DNA of 64,000 bases from Vicugna vicugna (taxonomy: Eukaryota). The DNA lies in assembly GCA_013265495.1 (NCBI GenBank), contig MU063444.1, positions 880,195 to 944,194 of the forward strand, written 5' to 3'. Both the position numbers and the translations under genes were made by a program. Shown piece by piece: positions 24,751-37,590 of this stretch. The first letter of the stretch is position 1. Every line of letters starts with the position of its first letter. Under the pieces are notes generated by a model. The model ran no database searches and was not told the DNA's origin. It saw only the letters and a list, made by a program, of their open reading frames with translations.

Positions 24751-26989
24751 AACTTTTTCTTTTTTTTTTTCTTTTTTGGTCTGAAGACAAGTATTAATTA
24801 TTTAGAACTAAGAATAAAGTTACATGTTTTGTTACTAGAGGAGCACCATCCTCCCAGGCATGGTTGCTTAATAATAATGACCCAGGAATTGAAATTTCAA
24901 TTGGAAGTAATTCAGCCCTGAGAGAAAAATCAGCCCACCATCACTCAATTTTTCCCTCTTCTACTAAGTTTTTTTAATAGAGAAATTAAGGCTTCAGTCA
25001 CTTTAGTCTAATCTTTCCCCCTCTTGGAAGATGGGCAACTTCCACTTTAAAGAGAATGGGGGTTACTCTCTAGCCAGAGATGAACACTGTTAACATTTTG
25101 GTGCTTATTATTACAAAGGTGTTTTTTTTTTTTAGATCATTTCTTAATTTGATGAGAAAACAGAAACAATTGGAAACAAACGACCTCGTCTTTCCACCCC
25201 TGAATCTGCTCTATGGTTCTTCCAAGAGCAGATGACAAGATGTTAAGTGTGGGGAACAAGAAACAATCTGCGGGCAGACGCAGTGATCCCAGCATTTCAG
25301 GACATGCGAGGGGAGGGCGCAGCAGGCCTGCAGCCTTTGGGTTGTAAGACCTTTATTCCACATGGTGCTAAGTCTCAGAGCTTAGTCCTGTTCCACTTAG
25401 CCTTCAAAGACGGTCAGCCTTCCAGTGACTTTTTTCCCGTGATTTCAGTTAAATAATGACGTTTTTAATCATGTGTCTTCCTGCTTTTAATTCGCCTGCT
25501 AAGTGGACATGAACTTAATAATTGGGAAGATGACTCTGAGCGTAACTTAAAACATAAACACTTCTTTTATAACAGTGTTTATAATTGAAAGTATAAATTT
25601 TAACTGACTTAACGTTAAGGATAAACACTTCAAACACAGTGGAGTTCCAAAAACACAGAACTTATAAATGGGAAAAGAACTTACAGGTGTAAACTTATAA
25701 ATGTTATAGATAGATGTATGCCACCTGCTTACTGCGATCTGAAGTATTATCATCCCTAAAGACAGTTCTGAGTGTTTCCAAGTAAATTGCTATCAACATT
25801 TCACTGCAAGGAAGAGAGTAGACGTGGTGCTGCCAACAGCATATGCTCTTCCCAGGAAAGGCTCCTTCCTTCCCACCACACTGCTGACTTGAATCTGAAG
25901 TTCCAGAGCCAGAGAGTCATGTAAAAAACCCATACAGGCTGCCCTTGGAGTCCCCAGACCATGTTATGGGAAGATACAGAGTATATCCTTACACACAGAC
26001 ACACACCCTGGAGGTGCTTGTGGGACTTGAACTTCAAAGTCTGTAAGCTGCTTTCTACTCCTTCCCTAATTTTTTTGAAAGGCTTAATTTTGTGACTATA
26101 AGCCAAGAAACCTGATGAGTCTGGCATAAAGTACCCCCCACCACACACACCCTATATGGCTGGTCATCCCCACAGACAGCCCTGGGCAGTCCACAGCCAT
26201 GATGACGGGTCTTCTGCAAGGTTTTCCAGATGGACATTATAGATGCTTATGCATTTTTCCTAGCAATGCTCTTAGATTAGAAACGTGGCAGGTTACCAGC
26301 TCCTTTCTCCTACCTTGGATCTGAATACCCAGAAAGCATTAGAAGCTTCTGCATTTCAGTCATAATTTTTATAAATTCCTTGTAGGAGCATTTCCCAAAG
26401 TGTGGCATGTGGCCACGGCTGGTAGACCAGATGAATGTGGGTGGTGCAGGACTAAACATTTTTTATATGAATAGTTATGTTTTTGTTTTACTGTGTATTA
26501 GGAAAAAATTAACAAATATATCTAGTCTAATATTTCATAAACACAAATGCTTAGAATTTGTCAATGGTATTTGGTTTTTAAGTGAGATGATTAAAAGAAA
26601 AATTTTAAGTAAATCATAATAAAGTTGATACATACGTTTGGCAAAAATTGTGAATGTGGTTGGCCTACAGGCTCACAATAAGAAAATGACGTGTGCTTAA
26701 CAGGCAGAAGTCATCAGACACAGTTTCTTAAATGGCAGAGGATGTGAAAACTTTCGGAGACAGGTCCATAAAACAATAAATAACTTGGCATAATTACATG
26801 TGGAGAGAGATTCTTTCCATTCAGGTTTCCCCCACTGGAAAATGCAGCTGCCAGTGATACTATCCATGCAGAGTGGGGTCATTTTGCTGTTCTTATGGGG
26901 GTTTGCTTCATAAAGAAATGGTAGGGCCCATCGAGTTCTCTCATTTTCAGAGTCAGAGAATAACCACATAATAACTACAGCTGAGTTCT

Positions 26990-27370
26990 ATCAGTCAGTC
27001 ATTCAACAAACACTGCCCAGCAACCCTGAGTGTCGGGCTCTGGGCCAGGTGCTGGGTTTAGAGGAGTGAGAAGGCCATACCTCACAAGTTTTTTAAGCCT
27101 GGGAGTGACTTACCATATTAGCATTTCTGAAAGGTCAACCTGCTGTCCCTGTGACTGGACAGACAGCAGAACTGGGACAGAGCAGAGAAGAGGTGACTGC
27201 AGTAAGACATGGCTAGGACCAGCGTGGTGGCAGTGGCGATGGAGAGAAATGAGCAGATTCAAGAGGTGTTTCAGGGTAGATCCTGTAGACTCTGGTGATG
27301 GATTGGACACCATGAGTGATAGAGAGGAGTCAGGGAGAACACTAGGTTTTTGGCTTCAGAAGCCCCATGG
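26990..27370 (-). mobile_element. L2 relic
   Basis: cagtcattcaacaaacac...ggccaggtgctggg and ggtggcagtggcgatggagagaaatgagcagattcaagagg. Confidence 0.75.
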
Positions 27371-28329
27371 AAGGTGTTGCCAGGTCCTGAGAGCTCACAC
27401 AGCACTCCCTGCTGGGGTCTCAGTATTACATCTGCCAGGAAGTACTGCAGTGTGTGTCCCGTGTGCTGTCCCTCCTCAAGGGTACAAGTGGTGTACAACG
27501 GTTGAATCTCTTGACTCAGGATTTCACTGGTTCAGAACAACTTCAGAGCTGGAGACCAGAGCTGAGAAATTGGTCTACCTGAGGCATTGGAAATTTTGTG
27601 CCCTGACTCACGGTGGTAGCTCTGGATACAGCATGGTGGGGCAAAGAGGAGACAATGGTCTGGCTTCCCTGAGTGCACTTTTTTCCATTCCAGTCTGTAC
27701 TTTTGTGGCTAGCTCTATATACTCTTCCTCCTCAACTCTCAAAGATGCCTCCCCAACCAGGTCGGAGCCACATTCAGTTAGTATTAGGGTTATCGTATTC
27801 TTGCTTCTGTTCCCGAGAGCCCACACCCTGACCTCTGACCACGTGGGATAATTCATACTGTTTTTCTGACCCCAAAACTAAGGCGTGGAGGGCTTTGTAC
27901 ATGAATAATTTCCCCGGGCCTGATAAGTGCTGCACAGCTGATGCAGCCTGAGGCTGACTGTGATGTTTATGAACTTCCTTCTCTTCCCACCTACCGTCTT
28001 TCCTTTCGGACTATTTTTTTTTAACTATGCAGAAACTTCCAGACAATTTCAGAGAGTTTATAGCGCCCCTAGAGGCCTGCCTCTTGAAACCCCGAGGTGT
28101 CCATGAACAGATGAGTGTTAAAACGTGGAAAAGAGACTTCATAGGCAGGTGACTTTACATCACAGGCATCAAAATGAAATATTTCATGATAGGAACATAG
28201 CAACGTGGCTCCTCACAGCCAGTGGCCCACGTTTCGCATGCCAGTTGTCTTGGACACATGTCTTGCTGATCTTTTGAGCATTTTGACTGTATTTTGCAAT
28301 GTGGTACGTACAGTATCATGCAATACTTT

Positions 28330-29110
28330 GCAGATCTCCCATGTAATTGACTCTGGTGGCTAAACAGACATTAAACAAAATACAGTAAACTGTCAATATA
28401 ATGCACATACACACATGATTAGAAATTGTGGAACATCTGTAGGGAAGAAAACTGAAGTACTGTGAGGGAGAAGCACAGGGGGACTTAATTTACTTTCACG
28501 GGGAAATGGCGGAGGGCGAATGGACTTAGGCTGAGGGAACATTGGCGAGAGGAGCTTTTGAGAGGAGGGCTCATATGGGAAAGCCTCAAAAAAAGGCAAG
28601 AACATGGCATTTTCAAAGAATAGCAAAAAACTGAGCAGGTGGTGCAGTTAGAGCATCGGGGAGGGGGTGAGTTGGGAGGCACACAGGCCATGTGGGCTTT
28701 CGTTGTATCTTGAGCAAAACTGGAAATCTGTAAACGCATGCTAAGCAGTGGGAGACCCAATCCGATTTTGGTTTTTAAAAGGTCCTTCTTGCTGAAGTTT
28801 AGAGATGGAGATTAGGGAAGAGGAAGAAGTGTCTCCAGTTTAGAAAGAGGCAGAGCCCTGGTCCCGGGGAGAGGCGGCTGGGTCGCGTGGCGAAGGTGGA
28901 GACAGACAGATGGACGCCGGGTGTTTTTTTTATTTAGGATCTAGGATGTATGGAGCTGGGTTGACTGTGCTGCATCAGGAGAGGCAGGACCAAGGCAGTG
29001 TCCTGTGGCTTTAGCAGGTGGGTGGGTGGAGGGGCCAGTCACTGGGTGCGGGATGCCTGGGGCGGGAGCAGCTTTGCAGGGACTGATCAACAATCTAACA
29101 CATGTGAAAT
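28330..29110 (-). mobile_element. L2 relic
   Basis: ttgtatcttgagcaaaactggaaatc...ttggtttttaaaaggtccttcttgctg... antisense L2 motifs. Confidence 0.65.
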
Positions 29111-30006
29111 CTGAGGTCTCCACGAAGTGACATCTGTGGACTCACTTCAGGAACCTGCGATTGAGCACCTACCCTTCCCAGTTTTCATGGCAAAGATCAA
29201 TCCTGCTGCCCCCATCAATATACAGACGAATAGTGCTGCTCCAGGACATTCTGTATTTGCAGCCTGCACTGTCTAGCATATGTGCTCACCTTGGGTACTT
29301 ACTCAAGTCATGGGCATAGCTGCTGGATTAAATGGAAAATTACCTTGGCGGTTTCCTTTACGTAACCAAACGGAGTGGGGGCCTGTTGTCCTGAGGGTCA
29401 GTTTCTCCTCTTCGCATGTCTGTGATGGCCTCAGCACATGCTTGGGGAAAATCTCTTTGCTTTGGAGAAGTAACTCATATTGGTTTAGTCTTCAGGGTCA
29501 CTTGGAGACAGAGGCAGCCTCTATTTTTGTCAGAATTCTGTTTCAGGCTAATGCATCCAGCCGTGGAGAAAGCAGTTTCAAAATAGACCTGATCAGTTGT
29601 CAGGGGACAATTCACGTTGAGATAATAGCCCCGAGGCCCTGACCGGCCATCGCTCTTCTATGAGCTACTGAGCAGGCTGTCCTCCGATTTTGCATTTGTT
29701 TGAACACATTTTGGAAAAAAAAAAAAAAAAGAACATGCACAGAGAATCATTTTTAAGATAGTGGCTACAATGAGGAAGTTGTGGGAGAAAAAGGAGAGAG
29801 AAGCAGAGGCTCAGGGATGCCCCCAGCCCTGCTCAATGTCCCCCCCACCCCCGCCCTTCAGTGTGCATGACCTGGGTTCAGACCCTCTCTCAATCCCTCA
29901 CTGGCTCCGAGATGAGAGAAAGTAATTCAACCTGCGTGAACCTCAGCATCTGCTTCTGCACGTGCTAGGAGGGGGCGTAGGAGCCTCACCCATAGCAGGA
30001 AGAAGC

Positions 30007-30415
30007 AGACAGGGTTCTCAGAGGAACAGAGCCAGTAGGGTGTGTGTGTCTGTGTGTGTGTGTGTAGAGAAAGAGAGAGATTTTTAAGGATGAGATTCAC
30101 ATAATAGTAAGGGCTTGATAAGTCAAAAATCTGCGGAGTGGGCCAGCTGGAGACCCAGGGAAGAGCTGCAGCTCAAGTCCGAAGGCGGTCTGCTGGCAGA
30201 GTGCCTGCTCCTTCCCGGGAGGTCAGCCTTTTTATTAAAAATCCAGCTGACTGGATGAGGCCCACTCACATTAGGAAAGGTGATCTGCATTACCCAGAAG
30301 CCACTGATTCCGATGTTCTAAAAAAATACCTTGACAGCAACATCTAGATATGCGTTTGACCAAATACCTGGGTACCATGGCCCAGCCACGTTGGCATCTA
30401 AGATGGACCATCACA
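30007..30415 (-). mobile_element. MLT2 (ERVL) solo LTR with internal (TG)n/(AG)n
   Basis: cagggttctcagaggaacagagccagtagg...gctggagacccaggg...gatgaggcccactcacatt...gaccaaatacctgggtaccatggcccagcc...ccatcaca. Confidence 0.85.
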
Positions 30416-31389
30416 AAGGTCCTCAAAAATGTCATTTTAGACTTCTCCAGCTCGCCCTGCTCAGTTTAGCTCTCAGAAGGGCCTCAAGTGGAGTTCTCAT
30501 GCTCCCTGTTATTTGCCTTTATGATTCTGTCCTTCTTATGTGTCTGAGCCCCCCACTCCCTGCATTTAAAATATTATACAGCACCAGGTAGCATCTCCAC
30601 ATCTGTTTACTTAATAAAGGACAACGTGTCGGGTTCATTTATAAAAGCAACAGAAATTTCAACAAGCTATTCGTTCATTTATTCAGTGAGCATTTTAAAG
30701 CAGTGGATAATTTTAGATGCAGACTTCGGGACACACATGTCATTAAAATAAAAATATACAGCTGATGCCTCTGAAGGCCATTAAACTAACGTTGTCCCTC
30801 TTTCTCAAATGGTCTCTTGTGTGATCAGTCTCAGACCATGTTCTCTGGCTTAGCCAGGCTCTAAGCCCCCCACCCCCCCCCCTGTGGCCCCAGATTTCTC
30901 TCCAGGGAAACAGGAGCGTGTGGTACAAAGGGGAGAGAGGGTGCTACACTGTCACTGTGATTCTGACACCAAGAGCAGCTCAGAGGCTTGAGGGCGGGAA
31001 GACAGAGCTGGGCGAGAGAGCTCTTCAGTGAGGCTGGTAATTCCAGCAGGCCCCTGCGGAACACCTGACGTCACAGCTCTCCATGTGGACACTCAGCGTC
31101 AGGAGGGCTGACAGTCCCAAAGCCAGAAAACACACTGACACTGGCTCCAATCAGCCCCCCAGAGCAGTAGTGCTGAAGGAAGAAGTCTACCAAATTCCGG
31201 GCTCTCCGCAGTCAGTTTTGCCTCTCAACTTGGACTGTCCACTGACAACTGATCAGAATCCTGCACTCTCTGCCCCACCTCTCAGCCTCCCCGCCCACCC
31301 TCACCTTGTTCTCACTCTCCTTGTCACCCGCCCTGCCCTCCTTTCTCAGCGTCATGTTGATCTGTGTATGTGAGAGAAACATGAAATAG

Positions 31390-31830
31390 CAGTGGATAAA
31401 CAGTGCTGGACCAGCACAGAATTGATTTCTCTTTCACCTAAAAGAAACCCAGGGCTGGGTTCAGGACCAGTGTGGTGGCTCCCCCACATCACCGAGCATC
31501 CCAGAGCCTGCTTTCTGAGCCACACAGCGTCCCAAGGTCACATCGTAGGTCAGGATGGCAGTTGGAGCTCACGCCATCATGAACACACAGTGAGATGGGG
31601 GAGGAAAAGCAGAAGGACAAAAAGGGAGCCCTTCCCAGCTGATCGAGCTCCCCCCAAGCATCCTGTGTCCCCCAGGTCCCTCCCACTGTTGCCTCTTCGT
31701 GGACCAGAACTTACTCACGTGGCCACATGTAGCTAAAAGGGGTGCTGGGAAGCCTGGTCTTGCTTCTGGGAGGCGTTGGCCCCGCTAGAAGTCAAGGTTG
31801 TGTCATTGAGGAAGAAGAGAAGAATGGGTG
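31390..31830 (-). mobile_element. Old MaLR LTR (MLT1J/K-like)
   Basis: caggatggcagttggagctcacgccatca...ccagaacttactcacgtggccacatgtagct...gctgggaagcctggtc. Confidence 0.55.
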
Positions 31831-33574
31831 CCGCCCTCCCCTGCCCCGCCCTTCCTTCTCTGCAGTGACCAGGCTCACCCTCAGCCATCATGGACTGAAT
31901 TTTCCTTCTGGGTTCAGTGTCTTAGGCTGTGTGATATGGGAGAAAATGAACGTATCTTAACTTGGCACCAAGATCCTAGCCAGGCTTTGAGCATATCCGT
32001 CTTGCCACAGGGACAGTGTTACTTCCCACCGTGGTTGCCCAAGCCTCCTGTGTGGACCCCGGCACCTGCCACGTTGTGATTGCACCCAAGGGAGGCAAAA
32101 ACATTGCAGCAGCTGGAGGCAGCTACGGTTCCGTCCTGAGTTCTTTCTCTATTTTTTGTCTAATGAACCAAATTTTACAGACAGAATTAGAAACAGGGAA
32201 GTAGAAATCCTGGGGCATGTAGAAGATAAACAATCCCCATTCCAACTGTAGAAGCTCTTTTAGTCTAAGAAGAAGAAAAAAATTACATAAAATGAGAACG
32301 CTCAAAAGCTACAGCCTCAAGGCATCCTTGTTCAGTGACTTTCCATCTAAATAAAGGAACCATCTGAAAAATAAAACCGCAGGCCAATCCCTAGCATGTA
32401 AGGATATAAAAGCAGTTTTTCATTTCCATAAATTTACTTTGTACATTCAAATGTATAAATATTTACTTACAAATCCCAGGAGTTAAGCAATGAAATGAGG
32501 CTGTACCAATGAGCAAAACTCCTTGAAATCAGGACTCGAAGACGTGGTCTTGTCACAATGTTAGTATCCAGATTACTTTGTATGTATTTTTTTCATACAT
32601 AATATATTTCATAGTATCATAAGGATCTAGAGACACATAGATTGGTAGTTATTGGAAACACCCTGTTTCCTGCTTGTCTCACAACTTCAGTTACGCTCTG
32701 CCATCCGGCGTAGACAGCGGGAGCAGCTCTGTTGTGAACCTGCCCGGCGCGCAGTGGTCAGGGACCCTGAACAGCTCAGGCGAACCCACTGATGGCTTCA
32801 AAACATTAGCGTATGATACACACCGTGTTTGAATGTGATGTTCTTTTTCTTACAACTTTATAAATAGTTAAGTGCGTGCAAAATGAAATAAAACCCAACG
32901 GCAGTGGCAGCCCTGGAAGTCACAGCCCATGGAGATGTCTCCAAGCGTCATGTCTCGAGGCTCCTGCCACTTCTCAGGGTGTGTTGTGTCTGTACTTTGA
33001 AGGAGGGGTAAGCACACCCCCTTCTCGCCCTCCTGCCTGCAATGTTGCTGTTTGCCACAACACCCCCACCCTTCTCTGGTTTTCAGCCTTGCTGCTCCTC
33101 TCCGGTGACCCCATCTCCCCTCCGCACATCTTTGTCCATGTGTGTCCTTGTCGGAGGGGGCCCGGGTGGGCAGGCATTTGTGCTCTTCCTTTCCTTGCCC
33201 TTGGCATCAACCCTGGAGAAGGAAGAGCCCTCACAGTGTCTTCCCTCTGTGCTGTGTGTGCCGAGACAAACATGCAAAGAGTTTCTCTGCCAGAAGGCAG
33301 GACCCTTTCATTCCTATGAAAGGAGAGAGGCCATGGATGGGGTTTGCAAAAGGGAACGTCTGGATCTTAGGCGCCTGAGCTGTGCGTGTGTGCCTTGGAG
33401 GTTCGAGACTGGAGGAGGATTCTCATTCTGAATTGTCTGAAATCCTCCCCCAAGGTTAGAACAGGTCCCTCACCCAGCAGCGTCTCGCTGGAAAGAAAGC
33501 CCTTCTTCATTTACCACAACATCTCACCCGCCGTGGGCGGTGCCTGTGGTGGGAAAGGGAACCTGGGGCCTTGA

Positions 33575-33710
33575 GTGGGGTGCCTGCACTCAAGCCCAGG
33601 TTCCACTGCTTATGCACTCGGGAGAGACTCAGCATGGTATTAGCGTTTGTGAAAGCTCCTTGTACCTGGAGCGGTGACACAGGGTAGTTTTCGGCAGGTG
33701 GGCAAATTTG
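33575..33710 (+). mobile_element. MIR fragments
   Basis: actcaagcccaggttccactgctta and gtgaaagctccttgtacctggagcggtgacacagggtag. Confidence 0.45.
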
Positions 33711-34689
33711 AGAACCAGTAAGCAGCCCATCAGTTTAAAACACAGGAAGATGCTTAAATTCTCATCTGTTTCCTCATCCCTGTCTGGTTCATATTCTAAG
33801 CACAGCTCTTATTGTATTTGGCCCCAGTGCCAGAAGCAGTAAAATCTATTGATGTAACATAAGCTATTTAAGTATTCGTAATCGTAGCCTCATTTTCATA
33901 AAGAGGGGAAAACACAGATCTCTTGGGGCATTCTGGAGATGCTCATGTTTGGGAGGATATTTATAAGGAGCTGTTTTTTTGAGTTTGCTCTGCTGTGAAG
34001 CCATGTGATGAGTTAAGACTCTTATTTCACCAAATATCTCTTTTGCCATTTTTTCCCCATATGAGCAAAATTATGAATGATTTGTAAACATTTCCAGAAT
34101 TCCCAAGATCAAAATATTGTCTTAGAACGCTCCTTTGGTATAATTGATTTGGATTTTATCCCTGTGCCAAGGAAAGCACAAAAAATAATTCACCAGCATT
34201 TTTAATGTGAAGCAATATATGTAATTTACCAAAATAAGGCAAGACCTTAAAAATTTTAAGATTCTTTGACATGCTCCCCCCCCCAACCCCTTGCATATTA
34301 TTTTCCTGCAAGCATGCAGGCATTCTGAAGCTGGAAATCCTCAGGGTCTTAGGAACAGAACAGTTATTTCCACCTGAGTTCTGAGGGTAACGGGGGGCAG
34401 TGGGAAGTGCTCAGGTTCTGTAGAGGGTGACCTGGACTCACACACAGAGCCCACTGCTCTGGGCAGCCATCCCCGTCCTGGGCCTCAGTTTCCACACGTG
34501 TCCAGTGAGGACACCGAGCCGTGAGTTGTCCCCGGGCTGCCCCTTCCTCCCGCCATCGCGGAGGTGGTGGCTTCCGTCTTCCTGGGCAGGTCTTACAGGT
34601 CAAGGCATGTTACCGTGGGGTCTGAATGCTGGTGCCCTTTGGACCTTAACCTGACTCTCCATGTTTTATTTGATCCATATGCTATTATG

Positions 34690-34910
34690 GAACTGGACAG
34701 TTTACAGAAAAGTCCAGTTGGGAACTCTTATTGAAAAAAATCAGAGGATTTGCAACCCTCACTGCACATCACAACTTCGGTCTGGCTTGAGTTACAGCCG
34801 CCCCTTTGTTGGATTGGAGAGTCTGGGCTCCCCTGCCTCCCACCTGCCCTGGTCTGGTCCACTGGTGTCACCTGCCCGGGACCTGTGCCCATGGGAGTTT
34901 GGTGACCCTT
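34690..34910. mobile_element. Possible hAT MITE (MER58/MER102-like)
   Basis: Ends in gagtttggtgaccctt, resembling a hAT terminal repeat; left end unclear. Confidence 0.3.
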
Positions 34911-35791
34911 ATGGAAGAATCCATTCTGTTCTCCTTTCCTAGTGGAGATTTGATTGTTAGTGGAAGTGTCTCTAAGAATAAAAGAGATCATCCTAACCTT
35001 TCGTGGGTCTATTTTAAGTTTAAGAAAAACCCTACCTTCCCAAGGTGCATTTGGTCCTTGCCGATTCCTCGTGGAACTGTGCTGGGTTGTTCTGGCTTGT
35101 GTGATCAGCTCAGGTCTAAGAAAATCAGGCTGCAGGTGAGTCCAGGTTCAGTTGTGAACTGGCTCGGGGTTTTTGTAGGACACTGTGGTCCACCTGAGGG
35201 CCCCAGGGAGCAAGGGCCAGGCTGTCGTGGCCAGTCACCAGGAGGGTGGGGTCTGCTGCAAGGACAGGTGGGAGAAGCTTGGATCAGGGTCCATATGTGA
35301 CCCTGAGTGACATTTGAGGCTGATGCCGGTAGCATTCCAGCAGCACCCGCCAAGTGGACATGGAGTCTGGGACCAGCAGTGACGCGGCAGGGCACCAACA
35401 GAGGAGCGGAGATCTAGGGGTTCCCTGCTTTCCCCTCTGCCAGGGAGCCAGACCCTGCACCAGGGGTGGGCACCATGTGACTAGCTTAGTAGCATGGCTG
35501 GAGCAGGGTGTCTGCCATCTGCTGTTCCTGCCTCAGCCCTGGGCCCCCACCTGTAGCCACTACACGGCCTTTTATGCATGCATGCTCTGGGCCACTGATG
35601 TCATTTTTGTACTTTGCGTCTTTTAAAGACATTGTGATGCTCATAAATGAAACATTTATGACAGAACACCTATTACTACATCAAAACATGCCTATTTAAA
35701 AATTTAGTTCATTAGAGTTTATTTCACAAACCACTCTTAGCTGTGGTCCGTATTCTGCTGGTATCCTTCTTTGAAGAAAAAAAGAGAGCAA

Positions 35792-35935
35792 GGAGGGGAG
35801 GTATAGCTCAGTGCTCAGCATACACAAGGTCCTGGGTTCAATCCCCAGCGCCTCCTCCAAAAATAAAACAAATAAGTAGACTTAATTATCTCCCCCTCTA
35901 AAATTGTTTTTCATAAAACAAATTTCTGAAAAAAG
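35792..35935 (+). mobile_element. Vic-1-type SINE, long tail, with internal deletion after the A box
   Basis: ggggaggtatagctcagtg[deleted]ctcagcatacacaaggtcctgggttcaatccccagcgcctcc...cttaattatctcccc; degenerate A-rich TSD ending CAAGG. Confidence 0.88.
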
Positions 35936-36559
35936 AAAGAAACCAAGGCTTAGGAGAGCTGAGTAACTTGCAGCTGTCAGGAGCAGAGCCAGCATCCTCA
36001 CCTTCTCTCCAGCATCCATTGTGGTACTAAGCCGGCTGCAGAAATTAAGGCTGATGGAGCCCCCATAACACCTTCACAGACGATGCTCACATGAACTGTG
36101 CAGGACATAGTGGACGCTCCAGCTTACAGGGCTGAAGGGACCATCAAAAGTTCTGTTTTTAAATGGTCTGCTCCATTTCAGAGCTGGCAATCACACAGTG
36201 TGTTTGGTGTGTGTCCATTAACTCTGTCATCCAGAGGGAATATTTAAATGTTTATTTTCTGTACTGTGATACACTGAACTCTATTAACCTTGAATGAATT
36301 TTGATAACACCATCAGGGGGCAGCAAACAGATCCTGCCTGAAATTACATAGTGAGGGAGTGGTATTACCCGTGACATATTAAAAGCAAAGCGTTCTGTTA
36401 AATGATCATGACTGTTATTAGCCCATCCATTGGGTTCACCCTTTGGATCCTGGCTCTTAAAAGCATGTATAACGTTCCTGGCGGAAGTCGTCCATGATTG
36501 ATCCACTGCCTCCCCTCCTGTTCGCTCTGCTGTCCACAGCAGAGGCTCCTGCCCTACTT

Positions 36560-37590
36560 CCCTGGGGAGACTGCTTTTGTAGGGGCACCTGTGATCTCCA
36601 TGTTGCCAAACCCAGTGGGCACTTCTCTGTCCTGACGGCAGACACAGTCAGCCATTCTCTTTCTGAAACCTCTTCTTCCTTTGGTGTCTTTCTCAGTCTT
36701 TTTGTCTGGCTTCTCTGCTTCAACTTTTCTGCCTAAGTGTAACCATTTGGGGTCTCCCTGGCTTGTTCTCGGCCCCTTTGTTTTCCCCTTGCTGCCCCCT
36801 CTCCCCTGGGGTGGCTCATCCATTCTCGTATTTATGAAGATGGGGATGAAGGTGATTCCCAAACTTACACAGCTGGCCCAGAACCCTCCTCTGGAATGCT
36901 CAGACGCCTATCAGTTGTCCACATGGCAAACTCTTTAGATGTCTCACCGTTGTCACTAAAATGTGCACCTACTACCATGGTTTTCCCTTGTTCCATAAAT
37001 GGCTTCACCCACCACCCAAGCCAGAATCCTGGGAATGATTCTTGGTTCATTCCAGATCGTTCAGCAGGTGTGCCCTGCATCTGCCCACACCTCTCCATCT
37101 CCTCTGCTCCCACCCTTGCCCAGACCTCAGCCATGGACCCAGGTTGCTGCCCTGCTCCCCAGGCTTCTACACACAGCCCTCTAGAAGTCGGTCTTAGCAT
37201 AACCGCAGGTGATACTACAGTGAAAATTGGGTCCTGCTCTGTCTCTGCTCACCATCCTCAGTCAATTCCCAGGGAACATAGAATCAAATCCAGACTCCCT
37301 CCCAGGGCCTGTGTCTTGTACACCCCCCACCCCGTTTCCCCTGCTGTCACCTCCCCAGGAAGGACTTCCCTCACCACCCAGTCTAAATTAGGTTGCCATG
37401 GCATTCTCAGTCTCAGCACCCTGCTCATTCTGCTGTAGAATGCCCTGTAACGTGCAATCCTCTTTTGTTTTGAATCATTTGAATCCACACTTTAATACGC
37501 GTGTCACGGAGGGGAGGGGCTATGCCTTGTCTTCTTTTTGCCCCTAGTGCCTGGAGTAGTAGGTTCTCAGTGAGTGAGAACTGCGTGAAT
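36560..37590 (+). mobile_element. L2 ORF2 reverse-transcriptase relic plus 3' end
   Basis: Track ORF 36494..36736 contains DLHVAKPSGHFSVL..DTVSHSLSETSSSFG (L2 RT region); downstream remnants of GVPQGSVLGP (about 36749-36778) and YADDSQ (about 36834-36862). Confidence 0.8.

Noticed and set aside
25554-25627. Three forkhead motifs (ATAAACA/TGTTTAT)
   Set aside because: Expected in very AT-rich sequence.
27512-27610. Two AP-1 sites (TGACTCA) about 90 bp apart
   Set aside because: About 8 are expected in the window; a pair is not remarkable.
27030-27851. Longest ORF in the track (273 aa)
   Set aside because: Begins inside an antisense L2 relic, has no domain similarity or codon bias, and is compatible with chance in 64 kb.
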